A stretch of 64,000 bases of DNA, taken from Pirellulales bacterium (lineage in GTDB: Bacteria; Planctomycetota; Planctomycetia; Pirellulales; PALSA-1355). Shown piece after piece: positions 39,490 to 53,227 of this stretch. Every line of letters starts with the position of its first letter. Within the stretch, counting starts at the first letter, position 1. The DNA is taken from assembly GCA_963733035.1 (NCBI GenBank), contig CAVTBU010000008.1:288001-352000 (forward strand), given 5' to 3'. The position numbers and the translations under genes are program-made. The notes beneath the pieces were generated by a model. It was not told the origin of the DNA. It ran no database searches and was given only the letters and a program-made list of their open reading frames with translations.

Positions 39490-39659
39490 GAGGCGAGCGA
39501 GGGGAGGGACGCGAGAGTGTGCGCAGTAAAGCGACAGTAAAGCATACGGCAAAAACCACCTTTTCTTCACCGCGTGGCAAAGAAAACGACCCGCCAGAGT
39601 CAAAGAACCATGACTCTTGGCGGGTCGGGTGGATGCGTCACCGCGTCGATGCGGCTGGG

Positions 39660-40037
39660 CTAGTTGGCCGAAGGTATGCCAGCCCAGAAGCGGCCGTCGT
39701 GGTCGCCCGGAACAAAGATCAAGGCAAACGTGCGTCCTGGGTTGTGCCACGTTGCAGGGTCACAATGGAATTGGAGTCCGTTCGCTTTGGCAAATTCCTC
39801 ACATACTCGCAATCGGTCGGCGGTGACTGAGTATGGCTGTGCAACGAGACACGGCACGCCGCTATAGAGGTTAGTCGATCCCCAATGGTCGAGTAGCCCA
39901 CCACTCAACTGCCGCGAGATGTATTCCTCCACGGCTTCCACGTGCAAGTCTTGTGATTTTCGCACGGCTTGTTTGACGAACGTCGGAAACTTGGCTTCAT
40001 GGCCAGATTTGATCGGTGCAAAACATGGATGGCTCAT
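39660..40037 (-). CDS. Hypothetical protein
   Basis: 125 aa with RBS; LDHWG..LVAQPY..WHNPGRT. Confidence 0.6.
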   Translation of the reverse strand: MSHPCFAPIKSGHEAKFPTFVKQAVRKSQDLHVEAVEEYISRQLSGGLLDHWGSTNLYSGVPCLVAQPYSVTADRLRVCEEFAKANGLQFHCDPATWHNPGRTFALIFVPGDHDGRFWAGIPSAN

Positions 40038-40122
40038 AACTTCTCAAACTCCAAGGGACTATTGCTTGCCATCCATGTTGAAAGTGTGCTCCATACAATC
40101 GAACGTATTGCCGTTGCTGAAC

Positions 40123-42197
40123 TCATGCGGCTGCCCCTTTCAAAAGGAAACCTGGGATGGTCTTAGTTTTGGAACCACGATTCGGTACTTGCCCGGCGAC
40201 AATATCTTCAAAAGGCAAAAGTGAACTCACCCGTTCTCTGCCAAGTTGTGACCGGACAGCAAGCGAACTCAACGTAAGCCCCTTGGGGTGTGCGGCGAGT
40301 ATCGCACGAATGGCCGTGATGTCTTTGTCATCCTCGCTCGCTTTCACTTCGGCGATTTCCTCTTGGTCACTGACAAGAGTTGGAATCCAGACACGCCCCC
40401 CTTCGTCAGAAAGTGACCGTTCCTCGATGTCAAGGTGATGCTCGCTTGCATGACCAGCACTGCCACCCAAAGTCATCCATAGTTTGTGTGGCTTGTTGGG
40501 AACGAATTTCGCGCGTCTGTTGAGCAGAATCCATTGCCGTGCGAATTCGCTGAAGCCCGACATTGCAAGGTCTTCGAGCGCCAACGCTTTCCCTGTTTGG
40601 CAGCCCCTTTGACGCTGTGATGTGCGATGGCCAGTTGAGCGCCGTGCTCTTGCATGACGAGTTTATTGCGCAATAGTTGGCCTTGCGCGAACACGTTGCT
40701 CGGGTCGCCCTCCCCGATGCAAAGATAGAACGGATCAATAATCAAAAACTCAATTCGATGACGCTCCAATGTCCGGGTAAGTTTGGCGAGAGACGATGGA
40801 TCATTAGCTTGTGGTAAATCTTCTGACCATTTAAGCGCGTCCAAATCACACGCTTCAAGTGTGTGACGCCAACCGATACGAATGGCCGTCTCTTGTAGTG
40901 TCTGGATGCCAGACTCGCCGCTCATAACCAAAGTTCGGCAGTGTTGGTTGACCGGGAAGTGACCCAGGAAAGGCGACTTCGACGCGAGCGAGATTGCAAG
41001 GTCTAGTAGAACTGAAGTTTTCATCGCCTTGCTTGCGCCACCAGCAACGAGTGGCTGCCTCGCGACAAGCACCTCGGGGATTAACCATTCAACGTCATAG
41101 TCGCCAGTCGCCAGTTCCCAAGATGAAATGACTTTGAATGTGTCGTCAGCGTCGGCGGCGTTGCTGGTAGTGGGCGGTTGCCAGCCATCCTGCCGTGCGA
41201 GGTAGAACAGCGTGGCAACCTTCGCGCCATCGTCTCTCCCGAAAGACTTCCAACGATTCTTGGTTTCGCCGGGCTTGTACTTGGCTGAACTCTTGGACAA
41301 ATCGTCCCACAACGGTAGGTATTTCTCTGTGCCATCACCGGCATCGTGGAGAGCGGAACCGATGCGAAGCCAATCGTGGCAATCGTCGAAACGCTTTGGG
41401 TGTAGTGCGGCAGCAGCCAAATAGATTTGTTGTGGCGTGTGGGAAGTCGAGGATAGCGAGTCGTACCAGTCTTCCTGTGGCTGGGCTGTTGGCAAATGGG
41501 CTGTTGGCAGCATGGCCACAAGCGTCTCGCGTGTAAGCGTCTCGCGAGTCGCGGGGCACGATATGATGGTTGACTGCCGGTGTGGACGATCTGGCGTGTT
41601 TGGCCCTTTCCGATTCCAGTTGCCGGTGCGTTCTCGCATTAGCTGACTCAGTGTCCACACTGAGTCGTCTACCGTGACCTCGGGTATGCTGAATTTGTCT
41701 CGAATGTGAAAGACAAATGCTTTGACAAGCTGGTTGTCTGCTACTGGCAGGTCACAGGCGAAGTAGGCTTGCACCCCGGAACCGCTATCGACAATCAGCG
41801 GCTCGGGGAACCCATGTTCCCGGCAGTATTGGATTGCCGCGTCGGCAACCGCTTTGGCAGCAGCACGTTCGCCGTCCGTGGCCGATACGCCTTTCGGTCG
41901 CACGGGGTCGAAGTCGAGCGGGAGGGTGCGAATTCTGACGATATGCTTGTCGCTGGTGCAAGCACCGATCCTGGCAGAATCATATCGGTTGGTGATGGGC
42001 ACCGAATCGTCAATCTGGTTGACCGTCCAGTGGACCCCACCACCCGCGAAGTCGCTCACGTCGTCTATCAGGCGGGCGGAGTCGCGGTAGAAGCCACTGA
42101 GGCGATTCCCCGCCATGTCATAGGGGCGGATTTCTACCGGGCCGGTCGGGTGTAGAAACTGGTGAGCGAGACGGACATCATCTGCTGGTGTGTTCAT
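40123..42197 (-). CDS. Primase (AEP-like + PriCT-2) fused to AAA_25/RepA helicase, frameshift near 40590
   Basis: LDFDP..DSGSGVQAYF; WLRIGSALHD..WDDLSKSSAKY; GGASKAMKTS, LIIDP, IAHH; ORF 40123-40584 supplies LEDLAMSGFSEFARQWILL. Confidence 0.85.
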
Positions 42198-43161
42198 CAA
42201 AAATTCCTTACTTGTTCGACGCGGGTGGGTTGGTTTTGGAGTGAAACCAACCGAAACCAACCCCCTTGAAAATATGTGATATTTCCCGAGAGATTTGCAT
42301 GTTTGGGTTAGTGTGTAATTAGGTCTGTCTATAGGGAAAAACGCCAAGACGTTTTTCCCCGCCGACAGACACTTGACGAGAGGGGGTTTGAGGTTGGCGG
42401 AGTCTGCTAAAAACACACCCAACCAACCTAGAACCCCCTGCTGTATTGATTACGAGTCAATTTCGGGCAGCATTTTGAGAAACTTCCCGAGAGCGCCAAG
42501 AATCCTCCGACCACCCGCCAGCCGACGCGGCAATAAGCCCCTCCAATGGGACAACGGTCGTTATCGCCCAAGACTGCCAAGGCGGCCTCGCGGTTACAGA
42601 CCGAACCACACCTGTACATTAGTACATTCACTCACAACCCGCAAACACGCCACAATCGACAAATTCGTCACAGTCACCCCAACCAGCTCAGCCGGCAAAC
42701 TCAGCACAATCGACAAACATGCCACAACCGCCCCGCGCGGCCGGTCAGCGAGGGGTGGCGGTTGTCGGCGGTTGTCAGTACCACGGCGAAGCCGTGGAAA
42801 TCCCCTAGAAAACAAGGGGTTTTGAGACATAAGACCACGGATTCTGTATCCGTGTGTTGTTCTGGCAGTCGGCGTCGGGCAGTCAGCGTCGGGCGGGCGA
42901 GGGTGGGGTGGGGTCAAATGTCGGGGCAATGCCCACTATGCCGGTCGTAGCGACGGCCCTGCCCTATCCCGACTGGCTGGGGGATTTTGAAGACCGGACC
43001 ACCGCGTGGATAAGTATTGTCCACAAAACGCTTTAGGATGGCCTAGGACGCTTCGGCGCGAATAGTGGTGTCATTCGACCTACCTGCCACTCGCCCACCA
43101 TCCTGGACGCTCACAGGCGGCCCGTGCGGCGAATGCAGCCCCTATTCGCCGCACGTCGGCA

Positions 43162-43289
43162 GGTCTGCGGGCGGGCGGGTCTGCGGGCGGGCGGGTCTGC
43201 GGGCGGGCGGGTCTGCGGGTCGGCAGGTCTGCGGGCGGGCAGGTCTGCGGGCGGGCAGGTCTGCGGGCGGGCAGGTCTGCGGGTCGGCA
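43162..43289 (+). repeat. Tandem repeat, 8 x 16 bp GGTCTGCGGG(CG/TC)GGC(G/A)
   Basis: Eight contiguous units counted, partial unit from 43155; no spacers. Confidence 0.95.
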
Positions 43290-43446
43290 CAACCGGACCC
43301 TGTCGGCAAAAGAATCGGCTGCAAGCGCCAGATTCTCAAAATGCGGGTCGCTCTCATTTCGTCTCCATTATGTACCGCTAATCGAGTTACCGACCCGCCG
43401 GCCGCCTTGCGGGCCGCCTCTCACTTCCCCGAATCGAAAGCTGACG

Positions 43447-43890
43447 ATGTCACTTTGTAGAACCTGCGGCGAACCGCTCCGAACCACGGGTTCGGAGTGC
43501 GAAGATTGCATTTCCAATCGACGTGACGCTCGCCCCGCCCGCCGGCCCACCCCCGACGCCTCCGATCCACTCGGCGGCCAGCGGCGAGCGGTCTATGAAA
43601 TTCTGATTGCCAAAGGTGTCCAAAACCCGATCACAATTTGCGATGAAGTTTTTGAAAAACTCGCACGCGATCTACCAGAAATGCTGAAAGCCCGTGCGCT
43701 TCAGGCGGCCGGGCTGGCGGAACGCGAGCCCCGCACGGACAACACTACCGGGCATCAGGGCGTTGACCGGCACAGAGGGAAATTCCGGGCACGGGTCTGG
43801 CGTGGTGGTCGATGCGTTTGGCAACGGTCCAGCATCGACCTAGACCGGGCGGTAGCCGCGAGGGCGAAGTATCTGGCGGACCACCCATGA
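43447..43890 (+). CDS. Zn-ribbon plus AP2-like DNA-binding protein
   Basis: CRTC..CEDC; NTTGHQGVDRHRGKFRARVW..AVAAR. Confidence 0.6.
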   Translation: MSLCRTCGEPLRTTGSECEDCISNRRDARPARRPTPDASDPLGGQRRAVYEILIAKGVQNPITICDEVFEKLARDLPEMLKARALQAAGLAEREPRTDNTTGHQGVDRHRGKFRARVWRGGRCVWQRSSIDLDRAVAARAKYLADHP

Positions 43891-44106
43891 CGACATACAC
43901 GACCGCCGAAGTCGCCGGAATCTTGAAGGTGTCGCCGGACACGGTACGCGGCAAGATACTGTCGCGGCCAGCTTCAAGCGTTGAACTTGGCCGAGCCCGG
44001 CCATCGCCCGCAGTATCGCGTCACAGCCGAACAACTGGTAGCGTACCAGCGGCGGGCTACGGTCCTATTGCCTATCGCAATGGGACGACCGCGACGGTCA
44101 GCTTGA
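43887..44106 (+). CDS. xis: Excisionase (MerR-like HTH), frameshift near 43962
   Basis: YTTAEVAGILKVSPDTVRGKI continues in another frame as GQLQALNLAEPGHRPQYRVTAEQL; adjacent to the integrase. Confidence 0.75.
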
Positions 44107-45336
44107 CCATTCGACCGGGGCGAAGCCGTCGCGGTCGTGTCGCTTCAGCTTTTCCTCGCCGATATACCAGCGGCGGACAAATGAACTGACTTCAACCAGC
44201 CGCTCAGCATACACACGCTGACGATACAGCCCCGGCATGGTCGAATCTTTGTGCCCCATGATATGGTTTGTGGCCGGCTGGTTGCCCGCTGCTGCCGCGA
44301 CCGTGGCAAACGTCCGCCGAAGCCCGTAGAAGCTGGTCGTGCCCTTCTTATATATGCCCAACTCAACTAGCAACTCTCGAAACGCTTCTGAAATGTGGTT
44401 GAAGCATTCGTCTTGATCGACCCATGCGCTGCCATCGGGGCGTAAGAATACAAGGTCACTGTCGCTCTTGGGACGAACCGCGACCGCTGCCTTGATGGTT
44501 TCCACGACTTCAGGCCAGAGCGGGGCGTGCCGTTCGGTGCCAGTCTTGAAACGTGGCTTGTGGTGCCAGCCGGCTTTAAGGTCCAACTCGCCGAATTGTA
44601 GGGTTCCGCAGTCGGCGTTGCTGAAGGCACACGACAACCCCAGCAAGATCATGGCCCCGAGTCCCGGGTCAGCCGCCTTGACCATTGCTTGAATTTCGTC
44701 AGCCGTGAAGTCTCGGGCACCGCGAGCTAGATTCAGCCGATGGAATTGCAGCCGGCCGGGCGGGGCTAATGCCTGTTGGTATCGAAGCGGCTTTTCAGTC
44801 AGCCCGTTTTCGACGATGTACGCAAACAGCATGGTTGCCCGGTTCAAGTGTCCCTTTTGCGTGGTCGGGTTGAGTAGACCACGTTTCTTGCGTGGCAGTC
44901 TGCGCTTCGGGTCTTTGGCCAGCCGCCTAGCTTTTCCCTTTTCGATGGCCCCGGCCATTCGCTGGAAGTCAGCCGCTTCAAGTGAAGCAAGCGGGGTGTT
45001 CTCATTGACACCCATCGTGAGCAATTCACACGTTCGCTTGTAATCGCTCAGACTTCGTGGGGTCAGCTTCCCGCCATCGACGCGAGCCTGTTTGAAGTCG
45101 AGAAAATGATTGATCGCTTCGCCCAGCGTATAGCCGCCGATAGGCTGTTGCTCGCGGCCGGCGTGAAGTCCGTCGCGCTGCTTCACGTATTCATCAAGCG
45201 CGGCTTGCCAGTCGGGCCATCGTCCGAAGTAGTGAATCTTGCCCCGTATCTTTTTGCAGTAGCGACCATCAACACGGAGGGACAACGGGAAGTCTTTGTA
45301 CGGTGGGTCTGGTAGGTCAGTGGCGCTCTTGAACAT
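44098..45336 (-). CDS. int: Tyrosine integrase
   Basis: N-terminal arm-binding YCKKIRGKIHYFG; RFKTG; FYGLRRTFAT; MGH..GLY; adjacent to the tRNA att. Confidence 0.9.
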   Translation of the reverse strand: MFKSATDLPDPPYKDFPLSLRVDGRYCKKIRGKIHYFGRWPDWQAALDEYVKQRDGLHAGREQQPIGGYTLGEAINHFLDFKQARVDGGKLTPRSLSDYKRTCELLTMGVNENTPLASLEAADFQRMAGAIEKGKARRLAKDPKRRLPRKKRGLLNPTTQKGHLNRATMLFAYIVENGLTEKPLRYQQALAPPGRLQFHRLNLARGARDFTADEIQAMVKAADPGLGAMILLGLSCAFSNADCGTLQFGELDLKAGWHHKPRFKTGTERHAPLWPEVVETIKAAVAVRPKSDSDLVFLRPDGSAWVDQDECFNHISEAFRELLVELGIYKKGTTSFYGLRRTFATVAAAAGNQPATNHIMGHKDSTMPGLYRQRVYAERLVEVSSFVRRWYIGEEKLKRHDRDGFAPVEWSS

Positions 45337-45439
45337 GGCGGTTGGCTCCGAGTTGCGTTGGTCTATGCAACTCTATGCCCGTTTCGGACCGCTGGTTGTC
45401 AAAACGGTTGTCAGATGCCAAAAACGGCCGCCAGAAACG

Positions 45440-45467
45440 AAAAAAGCCAGTGGCGTAAACCACTGGC
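45440..45467 (-). terminator. Intrinsic terminator downstream of tRNA-Phe, supplied by the element
   Basis: GCCAGTGG-TTTACG-CCACTGGC followed by T6 on the minus strand. Confidence 0.75.
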
Positions 45468-45487
45468 ATCATTCAACTTAGGCGAAG

Positions 45488-45560
<73 letters not shown>

Positions 45561-46801
45561 AGGGGCTAGGCCGCTGGCATGCTTGCCTGGGTCGGCTCCT
45601 TGCATCAAGACAAGTTCCTCATCTTAATCCTCGATCGGTGGACTGCAAGCCGAATCGAACGGTAGGCCCCCAGAGATGGATCGTGCCTGGAGTGTGACAA
45701 TGCAGGTGGGGCGACAGCCCGGAAATGATGCTTCAGCGGGTGCCAGATTCCCCCTGGAGCACGTCTGTGACAAATTGCGCCGGAGTGGAACGAAATCTGT
45801 CCCTGTGCAAGGAATCGTATCGAAGACGACGCGATGACTCGGCGCCACCTTCTGACTTTGTCGCCATCATTTCGCGCGCGGCCAATACTCAGGCAGCGCC
45901 AATGACCATACGATCACGCTGGTGGCCTCAGGCACCAACTACGTCCGGTAAACCAACCAAGTAGAAATGGAACGAGATTCCAGCATCGACGACGTGCCGA
46001 ATTACATTACATGGCGCGCCTGTGTCCGAACTAGCAACGGCGCCGTCTAAAACTCCACCGACCTGGCGCTATTACAATCTGTCGGCGTTGAAATGGAACG
46101 GCATTTCACCACGGTGGATACAGAAGCCGAACGGAGCTCTGTGCCCCGAGAGCGCAAACCGCGCGTGGTTGAGAAACCGAAACGACTAATTGCACAAAAA
46201 TGGACGGCCGGCCCCCAGCTACTCTCTTCGCTGGGGACCGGCCGAGCCAGGGACGTCGCCTTGTATACCGGATCGCAGGTGGAAGCACCTTCCTAGAGCG
46301 TACGAAGCTGCAGCCTCATTTGCAAGCATATTCACGCCTGCTCGAATGCGTGCATTGCGCGACGTCTCCAAACGCATAGACAATCCCCCCCAACCTGCGC
46401 CTGCGTGCGTCCAAACGATCCCGGCTCCCGTCGACTAATCCGGCCCGCCGAGAACCGTGGGGAACGTTCTGAGAGAATCACTGTTTTCGGCGTCGATTCG
46501 GGGATATTTGGCCATGCGAGTGCGCGGAACTCGGAACAATTTGGCCCGAGCATGTCGACTCGGCCGGCAGTTGCGCGAAACGCGCCCCGCCCGCCGAATC
46601 CGCGGCGAACGGCGGCAACCCCTCTACCGAATCGGCCGCCGTCGACTGAGCAATGAGCCGAGTTCAAAAACTTGGTCGTCACTCCCGCAGCGATCGCATA
46701 CCCGCCAGCCCGCGGCGGCAATCGCGGTGGAGCGCCGAGCCACCTATAATTTAACGTCGTGATATTCCCCCGACGACGGACAGCCGCGCTGGCTTTGCAC
46801 C

Positions 46802-47992
46802 ATGCAACACACGCCCCTCTATCTAGACAACCATGCGACGACGCGAGTCGACCCGCGGGTCCTCGGGGCCATGTTGCCCTATTTCAGTGAGCACTACGGC
46901 AATCCGGCCAGCACGAGCCACAGCTTTGGCTGGGATGCCAAGGAGGCAGTCGACCGGGCCCGCGCAGCCCTCGCCGTGGGCATCGGCGCCAAGGAACGCG
47001 AAATCGTCTTCACCAGCGGAGCGACCGAGAGCAACAACCTGGCCATCCGAGGCGTCTGCGAGAGGCAAAGTCGCCGCGGAAATCACCTGATTACCGTCCG
47101 AACCGAGCACCGGGCAGTGCTCGATCCAATAGAACGACAGTCGCGCCGCGGGTTCGAGGTGACGACGCTAGACGTCAAACCTGCGGACAGTGAGAGGGCA
47201 GGGGAACTCGACCTCAATCGACTCGAGGACGCGCTGCGAGACGATACGCTGTTGGTCTCGGTGATGCTGGCCAACAACGAAATCGGCGTCCTCCAGCCGC
47301 TCGCCGAGGTCGCCGCCATCTGCAAGCGCCGCGGCGCACTTCTCCACTGCGATGCCACACAGGCCGTCGGCCGCATGCCCGTCGACGTGCATCGGCTCGG
47401 CGTCGACTTGATGAGTTTCACCGGCCACAAGATCTACGGCCCCAAGGGCATCGGCGCGCTATGGGTTCGTCGCAGCTCACCGCACGTGCGGCTCGAACCG
47501 CAAATCGCTGGCGGCGGCCACGAAGGGGGCTTCCGCAGTGGTACGCTCAACGTCCCCGGCATTGTCGGATTCGCCAAGGCATTGGAAATCTGCCTGGAAG
47601 AAATGCCGACCGAGCAGCCACGACTGCACGCCCTCCGCGGTCGCCTATATGGCGGCCTGACCACGGCCCTCGAGGGTGTGACTCTCAACGGCCCGGCGCT
47701 CGACCCCGGTCTGCGGCTGGCTGGCAACTTGAACGTGAGCTTTGCCTTCGTCGACGGCGAGGCCTTGCTGATGAATCTGAAGGACATCGCCGTCAGCTCA
47801 GGCAGCGCCTGCACCTCCGCCAACCCCGAACCGAGCCATGTGCTACGAGGCCTGGGCCTATCCGACGCCGCCGTCCGCAGCAGCCTCCGCTTTGGCCTGG
47901 GGCGATTCAACACGGACGAAGACGTCGATCGGGCGGTGCTGCTGGTCTCAGAGGTCGTCGAGCGGCTGCGAAAACTTAGCAGCATGGCATAG
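46802..47992 (+). CDS. iscS: Cysteine desulfurase
   Basis: YLDNHATT, FTSGATESNN, HCDATQ, FTGHKIYGPKG, SSGSACTS. Confidence 0.95.
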   Translation: MQHTPLYLDNHATTRVDPRVLGAMLPYFSEHYGNPASTSHSFGWDAKEAVDRARAALAVGIGAKEREIVFTSGATESNNLAIRGVCERQSRRGNHLITVRTEHRAVLDPIERQSRRGFEVTTLDVKPADSERAGELDLNRLEDALRDDTLLVSVMLANNEIGVLQPLAEVAAICKRRGALLHCDATQAVGRMPVDVHRLGVDLMSFTGHKIYGPKGIGALWVRRSSPHVRLEPQIAGGGHEGGFRSGTLNVPGIVGFAKALEICLEEMPTEQPRLHALRGRLYGGLTTALEGVTLNGPALDPGLRLAGNLNVSFAFVDGEALLMNLKDIAVSSGSACTSANPEPSHVLRGLGLSDAAVRSSLRFGLGRFNTDEDVDRAVLLVSEVVERLRKLSSMA

Positions 47993-48167
47993 CACAGGCT
48001 GAAGAATGCCCAAAACCGAGGATTCCGCCTATGGAAAATCCGTCGAAACACCTTTCCTTCGCCCATCCGATCGTATAATTTACACAGTCTGGATTGCGAA
48101 AATTCCGATCCGGTTCCTAGAGTCGCCGGAATCCACTTTTCCACTCAACGAATACGAGAGCGAAACC

Positions 48168-48500
48168 ATGGGCATCATTCTCAGTGAACGGGCCGCCACC
48201 GAGGTCAAGAAGGTCCTGCAAGACCAGAACCAGCCCGAGACCACCTGCCTTCGCGTACGCGTCGTCGGCGGCGGTTGCAGCGGCTTTTCTTACGACCTGC
48301 GATTCGACGACAGCTACGATGAATCGGCCGACTCGAAGTACGAGCAGCACGGCGTGACCGTGGTGGTCGACAAGAAAAGCGCCCTCTATCTGGACGGCAC
48401 GACGGTCGACTTTTACGACGGGCTCGAGAAGCGCGGCTTTACGTTCGACAACCCCAACGCCGTCAAGACCTGCGGCTGCGGCAGCTCGTTCCAGGCCTAG
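48168..48500 (+). CDS. iscA: Fe-S cluster A-type carrier
   Basis: [23 protein letters not shown]. Confidence 0.95.
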   Translation: MGIILSERAATEVKKVLQDQNQPETTCLRVRVVGGGCSGFSYDLRFDDSYDESADSKYEQHGVTVVVDKKSALYLDGTTVDFYDGLEKRGFTFDNPNAVKTCGCGSSFQA

Positions 48501-48596
48501 TTCACGGCATGGCTAGCGGCCATTTGTCTCCGGGCTTTGCGAGGGCAGATTAGCTCAAGCCCGATGCAGACCGCAGTCGATGAATTAGCGTCCATC

Positions 48597-48628
48597 AAAA
48601 AGCACCGTGCACCGCGCGGTGCTTTTTT
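48597..48628 (+). terminator. Bidirectional intrinsic terminator
   Basis: AAAAAGCACCG..CGGTGCTTTTTT. Confidence 0.75.
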
Positions 48629-48756
48629 GTTGCGGACAGTTCAAGCCGAAACGACGGGGCCTGGCAGCAATAGCTCCACGAAGCGTTCGATTCGTTGCAA
48701 ACCGCAAGGTTCTTGGACACCGCCGGCGATGTGAAAAAAATCCTGGCAGACAGCAC

Positions 48757-48784
48757 TTGTGTGACGGCAGGTGATCGCTAAAAT
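48757..48784 (+). promoter_or_regulatory. Candidate rRNA promoter TTGTGT-N16-TAAAAT
   Basis: A-tract upstream; 16-bp spacer typical of rrn promoters. Confidence 0.45.
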
Positions 48785-49206
48785 CAAATTTCACGTGAGG
48801 CGGGTATCGGGATAGCGAGCCGCGGCCAGGTTTGGGCGTGGCTCTGTTCTTTTCCCCCTCAGGGTGCGAACCCTGGCCCGCCTGCGGACGTAAACGAGGA
48901 GTTGGGCAGTCTACCGACTGGTAGCCGTCAGGCGATGGGCACCTGAGAGAATTTACCTCCCGGGACCGTCGGACCAGCGAAAGTCAAAAGGCACGACTTT
49001 TGTCCCCTTGACGGGGCACCAAAGACGAGTAAGATTGCCTGTTTCCGGCACAACGCGAAGAGACAACCGGCAGTTCGCTGGTTTCGTCGCGGACATGCAA
49101 GGAGGAGTGGCCAGGGGCCGGCTTCAACGGGGCGTTGGATTCGGCCTCTGTCCACTGACAGAGTGGAGTACAGTCAGGCGAGGCATCGCAGGCCTGGGTT
49201 CCAGTC

Positions 49207-49218
49207 GATCTTTGACAA
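49207..49218 (+). promoter_or_regulatory. boxA-like antitermination site
   Basis: GATCTTTGACAA in the 23S leader. Confidence 0.6.
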
Positions 49219-49530
49219 TTTGGTTGTTGCAAGAGTGGCATCTTGTATTGAATTGAACAATGCCGGGTCGGTCGCACTGCAAAGTGTGACTGATCTAATT
49301 TGTTCTCCAAGGCTCTTAGCGTGATCAGATGAGACGCGCCAGTCCGCACCACGGGCTGGGGCATCGAGTTTGGGCACAAAAGAATCGAGCGTTACTCTAA
49401 AAAATCTGGCCGACCGTCGAGAGACGATCGGCGCGGATCTGTAGTTGGAAGCCATATGCGATTCAAAGCTTCTGGCGTCGGCTGGTGTTCTTCGGAGCAC
49501 CTGTCGCACGTGAGAGGGTTGGATTTATGT

Positions 49531-52457
<2,927 letters not shown>

Positions 52458-52614
52458 CATATATCCAACGCTCTTTCTCTACAGTCTGAGCATCGCTGGA
52501 TTCAGGTTCGAGTTAATCGAACCAGCCAAGAGCCCTTGTGTTCATGCAAGGCCACTCAAGCAACAACCATACACAATCCCTCGCGGGCCTCACTGTCGGT
52601 CCGCGAGGGGTTCT

Positions 52615-52723
52615 TTCCGGTGAACATATCTGAAAGGTCACACCCGTTCCCATACCGAACACGGCAGTTAAGCTTTCAGAGCCGATGGTAGTACCACAAG
52701 TGCGAGAGTAGGTATCGCCGGAT
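52615..52723 (+). rRNA. rrf: 5S rRNA (short form)
   Basis: TCCGGTGA..CCCGTTCCCATACCGAACACGG..GATGGTAGT..GAGAGTAGGTATCGCCGGA. Confidence 0.95.
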
Positions 52724-52735
52724 TTTTTACAACGA

Positions 52736-52773
52736 AGCCCTGGCGGATCCGTCGCGATCCGCCAGGGTTTTTT
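52736..52773 (+). terminator. rRNA terminator
   Basis: CCCTGGCGGATC..GATCCGCCAGGG followed by a T tract. Confidence 0.85.
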
Positions 52774-53227
52774 GCTGCGCGGCCCGGCCTATTTGCCGCG
52801 CTGGCCACGTGCCGATGGCGTCACCGCGGCCCCTCCATCCATCGGCCATTTTGTATACTAGAAAAAACTTGATGTAGTTGTGTCTCTTAATTAGATTTGA
52901 GGCCACAACAATTACTTCGGCGAACAGCAAAACCAGCCACCGCGATGGCTGGGGCCTAATAGCTGTTCTCGCCTACCGTTGAGATTCGCTCGTGAACGCA
53001 GGCTGAACACGAACGCAACTTTCAACCGGGTCCTCACTCGCCCAGTCGATTGGCCCGCTCTCGCACTTCGCTCGTTCGTTGTTTCCAAATTCCCGCAACG
53101 AAGCGCGGTTTCAATGATCAAATGGGCTATTCATGCTGCGATTAGAGCGAGCGGCTGACCTTGTCCCTGATCAAACTGGCCGATTGCCACAAACAAGGTG
53201 ACCTGCCCCTGATTTTTGGTCCACGGG

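Noticed and set aside
43155..43289. CRISPR array, or coding ORFs across the 16-bp repeat
   Set aside because: Units are contiguous with no spacers and there are no cas genes; the ORFs are repeat translations in several frames
45561..46801. Genes or ncRNA in the 1.2-kb gap between tRNA-Phe and iscS
   Set aside because: Only short motif-less ORFs, and no RNA family I can recognise
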